Positions 8,851-20,129 of a stretch of DNA of 64,000 bases are shown one piece after another. Positions within the stretch are counted from its first letter, which is position 1, and every line of letters begins with the position of its first letter. This DNA comes from Candidatus Poribacteria bacterium. Its GTDB lineage: Bacteria > Poribacteria > WGA-4E > WGA-3G. The stretch is taken from the NCBI GenBank assembly GCA_965198235.1, contig OZ240248.1, forward strand, positions 576,001 to 640,000. Reading direction: 5' to 3'. A program made the translations under genes and the position numbers. The notes under the pieces are model-generated. The model was not told the DNA's origin, did no database searches, and saw only the letters and a list, made by a program, of their open reading frames with translations.

Positions 8851-9837
8851 ATGCGAACGCGAGCCGTGCTTGTGCCACTTGTGTTGATGCTTGTTTTCAA
8901 CGGTTGTGCTGCGTTAGAGGAAGCGCAGCGACGGCGCGAGAAACGGATACTCGAAGAACGAGATGCGACTTCGCTCATGCTGAGACCCACGAATGCAACG
9001 ATTGAGATTAGACCGGACGCGCTATTCGGTGAGAGCGATCACTATACCCTCAAATTTGCTGACGATTTGCGAGCAATTGAAGGATTTGACGAAGCTGAGG
9101 AACGGGAGATATTCACACGAAGTGCACTCGGTTATATGGAAAGCCTTTATGAGGCGATGAATCGGCTCTTCGGTTTTCAGCCGAAGCATAAGATTCACGT
9201 GACGCTACATCACTTCTATAGAGGCACTAATCTCGCAGCACTTACGCGCACCGACTATCGTTCAGGTATTCTGGACGGACGCTATGTGAAGTTCATTAAT
9301 GGTATTCAGATGGATTTCCCAATACGGATGTATGAAAAACACGGCGTGCGGGCCCACGAACTCACCCATGCTTTTACGAATATCTATTTTCTACCGGTAT
9401 GGTTCTCGGAAGGTATTGCTGTCCTGATTCAGACGGAATATGCGAAAGGTGGAACGCATCCTAAGTTTGACAGTCTTGAAAGGGATCTGCGAGTTGACCT
9501 TGATGGCGTGAATCAATTGGAGAGCTGGGGCGGACATACTGAAAACAGTCCGCTGACGCATCGGCGCTATAGATATGCGTATACGCTTGTTGCTGAGTTG
9601 TGGAAACGATACGGCAACGATTTTTACATCAGGGTTTTTAGGTTGATGGAAGCAGATGGTCTGCATCAAAAACTGGTAGGGACCATGAAGACCAGTTTTC
9701 TGGTTTATTATTTTAGCGAAGCCGCGGGTGAGGATCTGGTGCCGTTCTTTAGAAAATTGCATTTCAAGGTGCGTAAATTGACAAAAGAGGACATTCTCAA
9801 TCAGATTGAATCGAATAGGGTCCGTCGGAGGCGATAA
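8851..9837 (+). CDS. Putative lipoprotein zinc metallopeptidase (gluzincin-like HExxH...E)
   Basis: Lipobox-like VFNGC; AHELTHAF...PVWFSEGIA. Confidence 0.65.
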   Translation: MRTRAVLVPLVLMLVFNGCAALEEAQRRREKRILEERDATSLMLRPTNATIEIRPDALFGESDHYTLKFADDLRAIEGFDEAEEREIFTRSALGYMESLYEAMNRLFGFQPKHKIHVTLHHFYRGTNLAALTRTDYRSGILDGRYVKFINGIQMDFPIRMYEKHGVRAHELTHAFTNIYFLPVWFSEGIAVLIQTEYAKGGTHPKFDSLERDLRVDLDGVNQLESWGGHTENSPLTHRRYRYAYTLVAELWKRYGNDFYIRVFRLMEADGLHQKLVGTMKTSFLVYYFSEAAGEDLVPFFRKLHFKVRKLTKEDILNQIESNRVRRRR

Positions 9838-10439
9838 TGCATGTTAAATTCAAATCATATAGGGTGCACGCAGCCGTGTTATTGGGGTTGATGTGCCTAT
9901 ACTATGGTTGCAACCTCGCTCAGAACTGGAGCGAAAACTACGCGCTCCTGCCCGGTGTAACCGCCAACGATCCCGCAATCATTGATGGGAAAACTGAGAC
10001 TATCGGGCAATCCCAACGTAAAAAGGGGTCGGGCAGTCGCGTAACCGACCTTGATATTCCGTCGGAGGCGATTGTTTATTTACCGGAGAAGAAGTCAGTC
10101 TATCGGATTGTGATTCATTCCACGAATTTGGAAGAGTTCGAGTTGATGGCGTACAACTCGCGTGGAGAATGGGACAAAATCCATGACCAGCGGAGTAACA
10201 AGGATCCGATCATCGATATCCGCTTCAACAAAGTGGTTACGACAACGGGCATTAAATTGGTCGTGCATCGGACGACGGAGGATGCCGCCCGGAGACGGGA
10301 GAATGTCCAGATACGGCGCGAAAATGTGGAAATCAAAGAGGGACAAGTGCGGCGTGGACGCTTACTATACCGTATAACAGGACCAACAACGGCACTCGCG
10401 AAGATTGCGGAGATTGAGTTGTACGGCTACGAAGAATAG
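9837..10439 (+). CDS. Hypothetical lipoprotein, possible discoidin/F5-8-like fold
   Basis: YYGC after hydrophobic stretch; ends IAEIELYG; TAATG coupling to upstream gene. Confidence 0.5.
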   Translation: MHVKFKSYRVHAAVLLGLMCLYYGCNLAQNWSENYALLPGVTANDPAIIDGKTETIGQSQRKKGSGSRVTDLDIPSEAIVYLPEKKSVYRIVIHSTNLEEFELMAYNSRGEWDKIHDQRSNKDPIIDIRFNKVVTTTGIKLVVHRTTEDAARRRENVQIRRENVEIKEGQVRRGRLLYRITGPTTALAKIAEIELYGYEE

Positions 10440-10565
10440 CCGTCAGCGAATTGGCGTTCAGCCATCAGCAGTCAGCCATCAGCAAAACAATCTCACCCCC
10501 GCCCACCAATTGCCGACCACTGATAGCCCCTTCAGTACCTACCGCGTTTGGATAGAGAACCCACT

Positions 10566-11711
10566 ATGCAGTCCACTCGGCTTCAACAGCATTTAGACCG
10601 ATACTTTGGTATCCCGCTTTGTGTTCTGCTACGTCTATTTTCTAAGCAGGCACCGACAACACCCACCCCGAAAAAGATTCTTTTCATCCAACTCTCTGCT
10701 TTGGGTGACACGATTTTGGCGATCCCCACCCTTCGGGCGATACGACACGCCTTTCCGGATGCCGACGTCACGATGTTAGCGTCACCGACGAACCTAAATT
10801 ATTTAGCGGAGTGTCCTTATATTGACAGAAGTATCCCCTTCCATAAACCGGGAGGTCGGTTGATTTCGCTGCTGCGTCGCGAAAGATTTGATTGGGCAAT
10901 CGACTTAGAGCATTGGCCTCGATTGAGTGCGCTGCTTACTTACGCGACGGGTGCGCCGAGGCGAGTCGGGTTTTCGACGAAGGGACAGTATCGTCATTTC
11001 CTCTTCACAGAGACAGTACCGCACATCCAAGGACGGCATGAGGTCCGCAACTTCTTGAGCCTTGCGGCGCGATTGAACTGTTCAGTCCAAGAACTTGGGC
11101 TTGAGGCTTGGTGGAGTGAAAAGGAACGTGCGTGGGTGCGCGAAGTTTTGGCAGAAGAGGGCATCTCGCTGGAGAAACCGCTTATTGTGCTACATCCAGA
11201 GGCGGGCAGACGCGGTGAACCTCGCAGGCGATGGCCACAAGGACGCTATGTGGCATTGGCGAATGCCCTTGTTGCAAGGTATGGCGCACAGATCGTTTTG
11301 ACGGGAGCACCTGATGAGGCGACGGTCTCTGAAGAAATTGCCGAGCGGACGAAACATCGAGCAGTCGTACTTGCGGGGAAGACGGATGTCAATCAGCTCG
11401 CCGCGCTTTTTGCGGATGCGACATTGGTAGTGAGCGGCAATTGTGGCCCGATGCATCTCGCAGCGGCAACCGGAACGCCGGTTATCGGGTTGCATGGTCC
11501 CACGAATTTTGCGCAGTGGGGTCCTTGGAGTCGTAATTCGAGTATTGTGCGTGCGCGGATACCGTGTAGTCCGTGTCTTAATTTGGGGTTTGAGTATGGG
11601 TGCCAAGCCCTTCCTGATGGAACATCGCCGTGTATGCACACGGTTGCGGTTGCGGCTGTACTTCGGGAGTGTGAACGGTTGTTGTCGGAAACCACCGGCT
11701 ATCGGTGGTAG
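10566..11711 (+). CDS. Glycosyltransferase family 9 (LPS heptosyltransferase-like)
   Basis: KILFIQLSALGDTIL, RRWP, LAGKT, GNCGPMHLAAA, GLHGPT, PCSPC. Confidence 0.92.
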   Translation: MQSTRLQQHLDRYFGIPLCVLLRLFSKQAPTTPTPKKILFIQLSALGDTILAIPTLRAIRHAFPDADVTMLASPTNLNYLAECPYIDRSIPFHKPGGRLISLLRRERFDWAIDLEHWPRLSALLTYATGAPRRVGFSTKGQYRHFLFTETVPHIQGRHEVRNFLSLAARLNCSVQELGLEAWWSEKERAWVREVLAEEGISLEKPLIVLHPEAGRRGEPRRRWPQGRYVALANALVARYGAQIVLTGAPDEATVSEEIAERTKHRAVVLAGKTDVNQLAALFADATLVVSGNCGPMHLAAATGTPVIGLHGPTNFAQWGPWSRNSSIVRARIPCSPCLNLGFEYGCQALPDGTSPCMHTVAVAAVLRECERLLSETTGYRW

Positions 11712-11838
11712 GCTGTCAGCAATCAGCCGTCAGCAGACAAGATCGCGAGCACAGCTCGCTCCTACACGTGTTCTTGAATGACAATAGGTTTGACTTTTTA
11801 TGATTTTTATGTTAAACTTGCAAGTAGAGGAGGGCCAA

Positions 11839-12282
11839 ATGATGTCAGATCAAGAATTCCGAGATCGGATGCTGAGTGCGATTGAGGACCTGAAACGTAC
11901 CCATGAACGCTCCATTGCGGAAGTCAAAGAGGACATTGCAGAGGTCAAACGGACTACCGAAAATTCCATTGCAGAGGTCAAACGGACTACCGAAAGTTCC
12001 TTTGCAGAGGTCAAAGAGGACATTGCAGAGAGTAAACGGACTACCGAACACTCTATTGCAGAGGTCAAACGGGTCAACGAACGCTTCAGTGAAGAGATCC
12101 AACACGATATCAAGGGCATAAACAACGGGTTACGAAATGTAGAAACAGATGTTGCCTGGATCAAAGGTAAGTTGGAAGGCAAACAGGAATCAGCGACAAA
12201 TAAAGAAGCAAAATCTGCCCTCTGAATAGCACTCGGCTCGGCTGTTGCGGCTATCATATCGCTAATCAAGTCGTTTTGGTAA
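11839..12282 (+). pseudogene. Coiled-coil repeat protein (Bdr/DUF1640-like) whose C-terminal membrane anchor is cut off by an in-frame TGA at 12223-12225
   Basis: SIAEVKRTTE-type repeats; after the TGA the frame continues IALGSAVAAIISLIKSFW to TAA at 12280-12282. Confidence 0.7.
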
Positions 12283-12338
12283 TAGTGTTCTGGCGAGGTT
12301 CGGAAACCTCGCCAGCGGAATGAAACGGGATGAAAAAT

Positions 12339-12382
12339 AAAAAAAGGCGAGGTGTTTTCCCAAGGAAAACACCTCGCCTTTT
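12339..12382 (-). terminator. Terminator of groEL (bidirectional hairpin)
   Basis: AAAAGGCGAGGTGTTTTCC-CAA-GGAAAACACCTCGCCTTTT perfect inverted repeat. Confidence 0.9.
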
Positions 12383-12396
12383 GTTGTACTGACGGT

Positions 12397-14330
<1,934 letters not shown>

Positions 14331-14450
14331 GTCGCTGAATTCCTCCTTGAGTATGGTGTGAAAATTGTGAGGGAAGGCTTCTATGCCTTCACTCAGTTTC
14401 TCTATATCATAAGACGACGTGAAAACGTCGTCGTGTTTTCAAAATATTTA

Positions 14451-14469
14451 TTAGCAATTTTCGTGCCAA
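14451..14469 (-). promoter_or_regulatory. Sigma54 (-24/-12) promoter of groES-groEL
   Basis: Minus strand TTGGCACGAAAATTGCTAA matches TGGCAC-N5-TTGC. Confidence 0.85.
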
Positions 14470-14479
14470 TCTCTAAAAC

Positions 14480-14588
14480 TGCCATATAGTCAGGGTTACA
14501 CGGAAGAATGTGACATTTTGGCAGGTTTTCTGAAGTGACAATTTGTCGTTTTCAAAAATAGATTTGGGGCTACTGTGCCATTTTGACA
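14480..14588. promoter_or_regulatory. Four TG(A/C)CA-N3-TGxCA-like palindromes, candidate activator (enhancer) sites
   Basis: TGCCATATAGTCA 14480, TGACATTTTGGCA 14511, TGACAATTTGTCG 14536, TGCCATTTTGACA 14576. Confidence 0.6.
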
Positions 14589-14645
14589 CACTCTACACAG
14601 ATGTCGCCCCTACCGGGCTTTATTTTTCGATGGCTGACAGCCATG

Positions 14646-15632
14646 CTATGTAGCGGGACACGGAACCAACTGTCCTGTTTCCCCTGCGCGATATGCGGCG
14701 GCAAGAATCTCGTTTGCTCTTAATCCATCATTTCCCGTTGTGATGGGTGTTACACCTTTGTGGACACATGCTGCGAAATGCTCAAATTGATATTGATACA
14801 GGTCCTCGTATTGTGCGGGGATTAATTGCGGTTCGCCCTCAAAGTAGGTTTTGATTTTCCAACCGTCGTCATTGTAAATCCAAGTTGTGCCCTCCGTGCC
14901 GTAGAGTTCTAAAACGATATCGCATTGCGGCACTGAAAAACTGAGATCAGTGAAAGCTTGTGCGCCGTTATCAAAGCACATGAGGATGCCACCGGTTTCT
15001 TCGACAGCGGTGTCTTGGGTTATGGTGTTGTAAAACGCGCTGACGGCGTTCACTTCGCCAATGAGGTAGCGGAGTAGATCTACACTATGCGGACCGAGGT
15101 CCATGAAGCATCCGCCTCCACCCTTTTCTGGTTGCGCTCGCCATTCGTCTGGTGTGAGTTGATACTGTTTCAGAAATGGCATACGCCCATGGACTATCGT
15201 GCCGAAACGTCCCTCGTCTACCCACGTTCGGATCTGTTGGAAGCAGGAGTGAAACCGGAAGAGAAAGCAGACTTGCAGGTGGACACCGTTTGTTTCACAG
15301 GCGGCGATCATTTTTGTACATTCTTGTGGTGTGAGTGCCATCGGTTTATCGCAAAGCACATGCAAGCCGCGTTCCGCGGCGGCGATTACCTGCTCACAGT
15401 GTAGGTGAACGGGTGTTGAGACGTAGATTGCGTCGAGTGCGTCGTCTGCAAAGAGCGCCTCGACGGTGGTGTAGGCATTGGTTGCACCGTGTTCCCGTGC
15501 CAATCGTTCTGCCCGCGTAGCATCGCGTGAGAGCAAGGCGTGGAGTTCTGCTCCATCTGCCTTTTTAATGGCTGGCATTGCTCTGCGTTGTGCGACGCTG
15601 CCTGCGCCTAATACACCCCATTTTAAGCTCAT
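14646..15632 (-). CDS. Gfo/Idh/MocA family oxidoreductase
   Basis: WGVLGAG, YVSTP..LH, HVLCDKPMA, GGGCFMDLGPH. Confidence 0.92.
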   Translation of the reverse strand: MSLKWGVLGAGSVAQRRAMPAIKKADGAELHALLSRDATRAERLAREHGATNAYTTVEALFADDALDAIYVSTPVHLHCEQVIAAAERGLHVLCDKPMALTPQECTKMIAACETNGVHLQVCFLFRFHSCFQQIRTWVDEGRFGTIVHGRMPFLKQYQLTPDEWRAQPEKGGGGCFMDLGPHSVDLLRYLIGEVNAVSAFYNTITQDTAVEETGGILMCFDNGAQAFTDLSFSVPQCDIVLELYGTEGTTWIYNDDGWKIKTYFEGEPQLIPAQYEDLYQYQFEHFAACVHKGVTPITTGNDGLRANEILAAAYRAGETGQLVPCPAT

Positions 15633-15872
15633 TGTTTTTTGGACCTCGTTTATTTTGTTGTGCTGTTTATTATAGGGGATGTTAGGATATATCTCAATGT
15701 TTTTGTGTATGGCTATCGGCTGTCAGTAGGCGGCTGTTTTTGATGTAGCACGTATGGGGAGGCCTCATTTTTATTACTTTTTAGGGATTTGATGGCATCC
15801 GTTCAACCCAACCTACGGGACTGATTAAATCAAACGTCCTTTTACTGATGGCTGAAAGCCGACCACTGATGG

Positions 15873-16631
15873 CTAATTACTCAACAGGAGATGCACACCG
15901 GTCACGAATAGGAAGAAAAGGACGATTTTTGAAAAGAGGAGTTCCGGCACGCGGGTGTTGAGCGAGATACCTGTTAGCACACCTAATCCGATGAATGGAA
16001 GAAGCGCGAGTGCTTCAATCAGAATCTCGAAAGAGAAAAGTTGCAACTGGAAATAGAACGGAATTTTGATGAAGTTGAGTAGGAAATAGGTAGCAGTTGT
16101 GGTTGCGACGAAGGCGGTGTTGCCTAAGCGTTGTGGGAGTAGGTACATGACGACGACGAGTCCACCCATGTGCGCGAGAGTTGAGAACGCGCCTGCGAAT
16201 ATCCCTGCAAGTAGCCCTTGCCACGTTTTGAATTGGAGTGCTGTTTGGACGGGTTGCCCAGAATTTCCGAATAGTGGTTGCCAATACGCGCGTAGGAATT
16301 CTAATAGCGCAAATAAGCAGGCGATGCCACCGATGATCTTTTTTAGGTGGACATCAGAGATGTCCTTCAAAATCAGGCTTGCTAAGGTAATACCGAGTAG
16401 GGAGCCGAGGATCAGCCGTGTGACACTTTGACGATGCCACCGCTTCCAGTAGTGGGAAAGCGAGAAGATGTCTGTTGAGAACAGGAGCGGGAGCATTAAC
16501 CCGATGACGTTTCGAGCACTACGGAAATGTGTGAACATGGGGACGACGACCATCCCGATGCCACCGCCAAAACCGGCTTTGCTTACACCGGTGAGCCATG
16601 CCCCGAAGCAGAGGATGATGATTTCGTAGAT
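15873..16631 (-). CDS. TauE/SafE sulfite exporter family protein, probably starting at ATC 16631
   Basis: Frame extends 26 codons upstream of ATG 16553 (IYEIIILCFGAWLTGVSKAGFGGGIG); AGGAGG 7 nt before ATC; STLAHMGG repeat. Confidence 0.8.
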   Translation of the reverse strand: MYEIIILCFGAWLTGVSKAGFGGGIGMVVVPMFTHFRSARNVIGLMLPLLFSTDIFSLSHYWKRWHRQSVTRLILGSLLGITLASLILKDISDVHLKKIIGGIACLFALLEFLRAYWQPLFGNSGQPVQTALQFKTWQGLLAGIFAGAFSTLAHMGGLVVVMYLLPQRLGNTAFVATTTATYFLLNFIKIPFYFQLQLFSFEILIEALALLPFIGLGVLTGISLNTRVPELLFSKIVLFFLFVTGVHLLLSN

Positions 16632-16797
16632 GGTGTTGCCTCCTTTTTGGTGAGGTGAGTCTAACAGATTGTCGGCAAATTGTCAAGGGTATCAGTCTGA
16701 ATCGCGAGCACAGCTCGCTCTACCAATGAGAGAAGTCTGCCAATAGCCTATGACCGACCGCTGACAGCTGAAAGCCGACTGCCAATAGAAGAAATAT

Positions 16798-16826
16798 TTG
16801 ACATTCGGCGTGAGATGTGATATAAT
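16798..16826 (+). promoter_or_regulatory. Consensus sigma70 promoter of rpsU
   Basis: TTGACA-N17-TATAAT. Confidence 0.85.
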
Positions 16827-16873
16827 TTATGAAATGTTTTCGTAATCTTAAATTCTAATGGAGGCTTAAAAAA

Positions 16874-17134
16874 ATGGTTCAAGTAGAAGTAAGTGTCGAT
16901 TCAGGTGAGGCGTTTGATCGCGCCCTGGCACGCTTTAAGAAGATGTGTGGAAAAGCCGGTATTGTCACAGAGATAAAAAAACGGAGTTTTTACGAGAAGC
17001 CGAGCGAGAAACGACGCAGAATTGAGATGAAACGGCAGCGGAAGGTGAAACCCCGCAGAATGGGGGGTGAACGCCCACAATTTTATAACGGCGGTGGCAG
17101 TGGCAGTGGCAGTGGTAGTGGTAGTAATCGGTAA
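16874..17134 (+). CDS. rpsU: 30S ribosomal protein S21 with Gly/Ser tail
   Basis: [35 protein letters not shown]. Confidence 0.96.
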   Translation: MVQVEVSVDSGEAFDRALARFKKMCGKAGIVTEIKKRSFYEKPSEKRRRIEMKRQRKVKPRRMGGERPQFYNGGGSGSGSGSGSNR

Positions 17135-17153
17135 ATAGCTTGAGGAGGGATGC

Positions 17154-17672
17154 ATGGCAGATTTGGCTACTGGCGAGGCTTTAGAGAATTATAAAGGGCT
17201 TTTGATTCAATACTGCCAGGAACGCGGGCTACACCAACCGACTTACACTGAAACGCAGCACGGACCGGCGGATTCCCCACAATGGCAGGTAACAGTGTCT
17301 TACGGGGACTGGGTCCACGAGACACCGGAGCCGATTCCTGGTTCAAAAAGATTTGCGCACCAAGTAGCCGCACAGCAGGTGTTAGACGAAATTAATTCGC
17401 GGCGCGAGAGTTTTTTAGCAGGTGGGACAGTAGATACAACCCCTGCGCCCATTTCGGAACCTGTTCCAGATACGCTTACTCCGCTTGAAGTCCCTATACC
17501 GCTCGTGTCGAACGCACTGACGATTGCGAATGAACGGCTTACCGCGTCGCAACCTGCACGGTACCGGACGCTTACAGATGCTGAATTTTCGCAAAAACTC
17601 TCCAAATTGACGTTAGAGATTGTCCGGAGTCTGCTTGAGAGGGCAGAAGAGGACAAGATTACGTTTCGGTAA
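17154..17672 (+). CDS. Stand-alone double-stranded-RNA-binding domain protein
   Basis: NYKGLLIQYCQ..PTY..HGPADSPQWQVTV..GSKRFAHQVAAQQVL matches the dsRBD pattern. Confidence 0.8.
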   Translation: MADLATGEALENYKGLLIQYCQERGLHQPTYTETQHGPADSPQWQVTVSYGDWVHETPEPIPGSKRFAHQVAAQQVLDEINSRRESFLAGGTVDTTPAPISEPVPDTLTPLEVPIPLVSNALTIANERLTASQPARYRTLTDAEFSQKLSKLTLEIVRSLLERAEEDKITFR

Positions 17673-17956
17673 GTTAGCCATCAGCCATCAGCGATCAGCA
17701 GTCAGCCGTTAGAAAAGGTCGCGACCGGGAGGTCGTTCCTACAAGGGAGGCGAGGTTTAAAAACCTCGCCGTTTTTTTTGAGCGGTTGTCCGTATCTAGC
17801 CTCCCCACTATTCCGCTGGGGAGGTGTTTTCTTTTGACATTCCGTAGTGAAGTGCTATATACTACGGGGACAGACATTTTTTGCACAAAGAGCGGGGTTC
17901 GTGTCCTTCCCAGTAAACAGGTGAGGACCCCTCGTCAGCGACAGAAATATATGTGC

Positions 17957-18658
17957 CTACGGCTTTTTTCCGATGAAATAGACGGCTGATGCCAAAATAT
18001 GGGCATCTTTATGTAGGGAGAGCGGCACATCTAACAGTAGGATTGGAAATGTCAGCCATCCGACGATAAGAGAAATTGCTTTCGCGAGGAGTAAACTACC
18101 GAACGAGCAGATCAGTCCGATGTATTCTCGGAAGATCCAGTGTAAAGAGATCGTCGGACCGGCACAGGGACCACTCTCGAGTTCAGAGAAAGCGGCGCAG
18201 AGTTGGACGATGCCCGGGACTGTCCACCGCTGATAATCGTGAGGAGAGGCGTGGTAGCCTTGTAGGAATGGGACGGCGATGCAGATATTGCCCCCGGGTT
18301 TCAGTACACGGTAGATCTCAGCGACAATGAGATTCGGCGAGCGGACATGCTCAAGGACGGCTTCAGAGATCACCGCATCGAAGGTGTCGTCGCCGAATGG
18401 CAAAAAGTGTCCATCGGCAACAATATCGACTTCAGGAGTTATCTCGATTTCGAGGTTGATGACGTTTGGGGCGCGGCGGCGAGTGCCGGCACCGAGATCC
18501 AAGATTCTCGCGTCGGGACCGAGACGCTGGAGTAGTTTTCTGACACATCGATTCCATCGTGGGGCGGGATACGGGCATCCGATGAGGTAAAATAAGAACG
18601 GGTTTTGTCTAAGTTTGCGTTTTAAGTGTGAAATCAAATCCGGTTTCGAGTCTGTCAT
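17957..18658 (-). CDS. Class I SAM-dependent methyltransferase
   Basis: ILDLGAG, LPFGDDTFDAV..VLEHV, EIYRVLKPGG, PHDYQR. Confidence 0.9.
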   Translation of the reverse strand: MTDSKPDLISHLKRKLRQNPFLFYLIGCPYPAPRWNRCVRKLLQRLGPDARILDLGAGTRRRAPNVINLEIEITPEVDIVADGHFLPFGDDTFDAVISEAVLEHVRSPNLIVAEIYRVLKPGGNICIAVPFLQGYHASPHDYQRWTVPGIVQLCAAFSELESGPCAGPTISLHWIFREYIGLICSFGSLLLAKAISLIVGWLTFPILLLDVPLSLHKDAHILASAVYFIGKKP

Positions 18659-18663
18659 AAGAT

Positions 18664-19899
18664 ATGATGATACATAACCTTTCCGAAAAATATGAGGGAT
18701 ATTTTCGCGGTGCCCGGGTGTCTGTTTTGCGTCTCGGCGTGAACGTCTGGCACCAATTCATGGGGCATAAATGTCTCCAGCAGGCATCGTCGTTAGCGTT
18801 TAACACGTTACTATGTCTTGTGCCATTATCGGCGGTCGCGCTGTTTTTGCTGAAAACGTTTGGTGTTGTGGAAGATGGCAACTCGCCGTTAATCGCGATG
18901 CTCCGTGATAACTTTCTGCCACGCTATAGTGCTGAGGAAATTGTATCAGAACTCTCAGGATTTGCCAATAGAAATCTTGGTGGGCTGAGTGTCGGCGGGT
19001 TTCTGTTGTTTCTGCTGGTCTCGACGATGTTGTTCATGTCGGTGGAGCAACATTTCAATGACATTTGGGGGGCGCGGCGGCGGTTGCCGGTGGTGCAAGC
19101 GTTCCAGAAATACGCCGTTTTCTATACACTGCTCTCCGTGGGACCGCTTCTGCTCTGGCTCTTCTTTTCGACGGCTACCAACTGGGTGTTTGCACACGTG
19201 TTCCCATGGATGCTGGTCTACTGCCTGTTTTTCCTAATGTACATCGCGATGCCGAATACGTTCGTGAAGTGGAGTGCGGCACTGCTCGGTACATTCGTTG
19301 CCGGGACGTTCTTCCAGATCGCGAGGATCGCCTTTGGGCGTTATCTGGAACTGGTGTGGCAGAACTATAGTGACATCTACGGCGCGCTGGCGATGTTGGT
19401 TATCTTTGCTATCTGGATATATGTGGCGTGGGTGGTGATTTTGCTGGGTGCGGAGGTCTCGAATGCTGTCCAGCATTTCCGTCAGCAGGATGTTGCGCGT
19501 GGGCAGTTTCGCTATGAGTCCAACGGCTATCTGAACGCTTCCGGTGTTATTACTCTATTTTTGATTGTTGCAGAGCGTTTTGCTAAGGGTGAGGGTGCGT
19601 ATTTGGCGGAGGAGGTTGCTGCGCGTTCGGGTGTTTCGGCAGAGGTTGTGCATCAGAGTTTTGAACGGTTCAAGACGGCGGGGTTAATCTATGAGGTTGA
19701 CGGGGATACGGATGGGTATCTCCCGGCGCGTGCGTTAGAGGATATTACGCTGGCTGCGGTTGTGAATGCGGTTGAGGGTGAGATGACGACACATTTTGCG
19801 CAGGGCATATCGTCTGAATCGGGCGCGCACGTGTTGGGGACGCTCCAGCAGTCACAGCGGGAATGTTTGGAGAAGGTTACGGTCGCGTCGTTGTTGTGA
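18664..19899 (+). CDS. YihY/BrkB family membrane protein with C-terminal Rrf2-like winged helix
   Basis: ASSLAFNTLLCLVP, FNDIW, YSDIYGALA..WIYVAWVVILLGAE; GYLPARALEDITLAAV. Confidence 0.9.
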   Translation: MMIHNLSEKYEGYFRGARVSVLRLGVNVWHQFMGHKCLQQASSLAFNTLLCLVPLSAVALFLLKTFGVVEDGNSPLIAMLRDNFLPRYSAEEIVSELSGFANRNLGGLSVGGFLLFLLVSTMLFMSVEQHFNDIWGARRRLPVVQAFQKYAVFYTLLSVGPLLLWLFFSTATNWVFAHVFPWMLVYCLFFLMYIAMPNTFVKWSAALLGTFVAGTFFQIARIAFGRYLELVWQNYSDIYGALAMLVIFAIWIYVAWVVILLGAEVSNAVQHFRQQDVARGQFRYESNGYLNASGVITLFLIVAERFAKGEGAYLAEEVAARSGVSAEVVHQSFERFKTAGLIYEVDGDTDGYLPARALEDITLAAVVNAVEGEMTTHFAQGISSESGAHVLGTLQQSQRECLEKVTVASLL

Positions 19900-20089
19900 G
19901 ATTCGGTGAAAATTCGCTGGCTTTGACGTAATACAAAAATCCGATGCACATCTCATCTGTCGTTTTTTCGCCCCACCCGACAGGGATCGGTGGACTGTGC
20001 GGGTTCGCCGGGTTCTCTGAGGAATTATCGAAATGCGCGACGAGATCGACACGGGTGCCAGTGGGTAAGAAGAGCGGCTCGCGATAATG
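19877..20089 (-). pseudogene. Orphan C-terminal 70 codons of a copper type II monooxygenase-like (redoxin-associated) protein, abutting the IS right end
   Basis: Manual translation HYREPLFLPTGTRVDLVAHFDNSSENPANPHSPPIPVGWGEKTTDEMCIGFLYY...; no N-terminal part on the other side of the IS. Confidence 0.75.
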
Positions 20090-20129
20090 GTGATAGACCC
20101 AAGCCTAAAGACTTGGGCTTCTGCAATCA

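Noticed and set aside
12223-12225. Genome-wide TGA recoding or selenocysteine
   Set aside because: Other genes end normally at TGA (e.g. 3102, 19899); no Cys-type context or SECIS evident
14451-14469. CIRCE element
   Set aside because: Starts TTAGCA but lacks TTAGCACTC-N9-GAGTGCTAA; matches the sigma54 consensus on the minus strand instead
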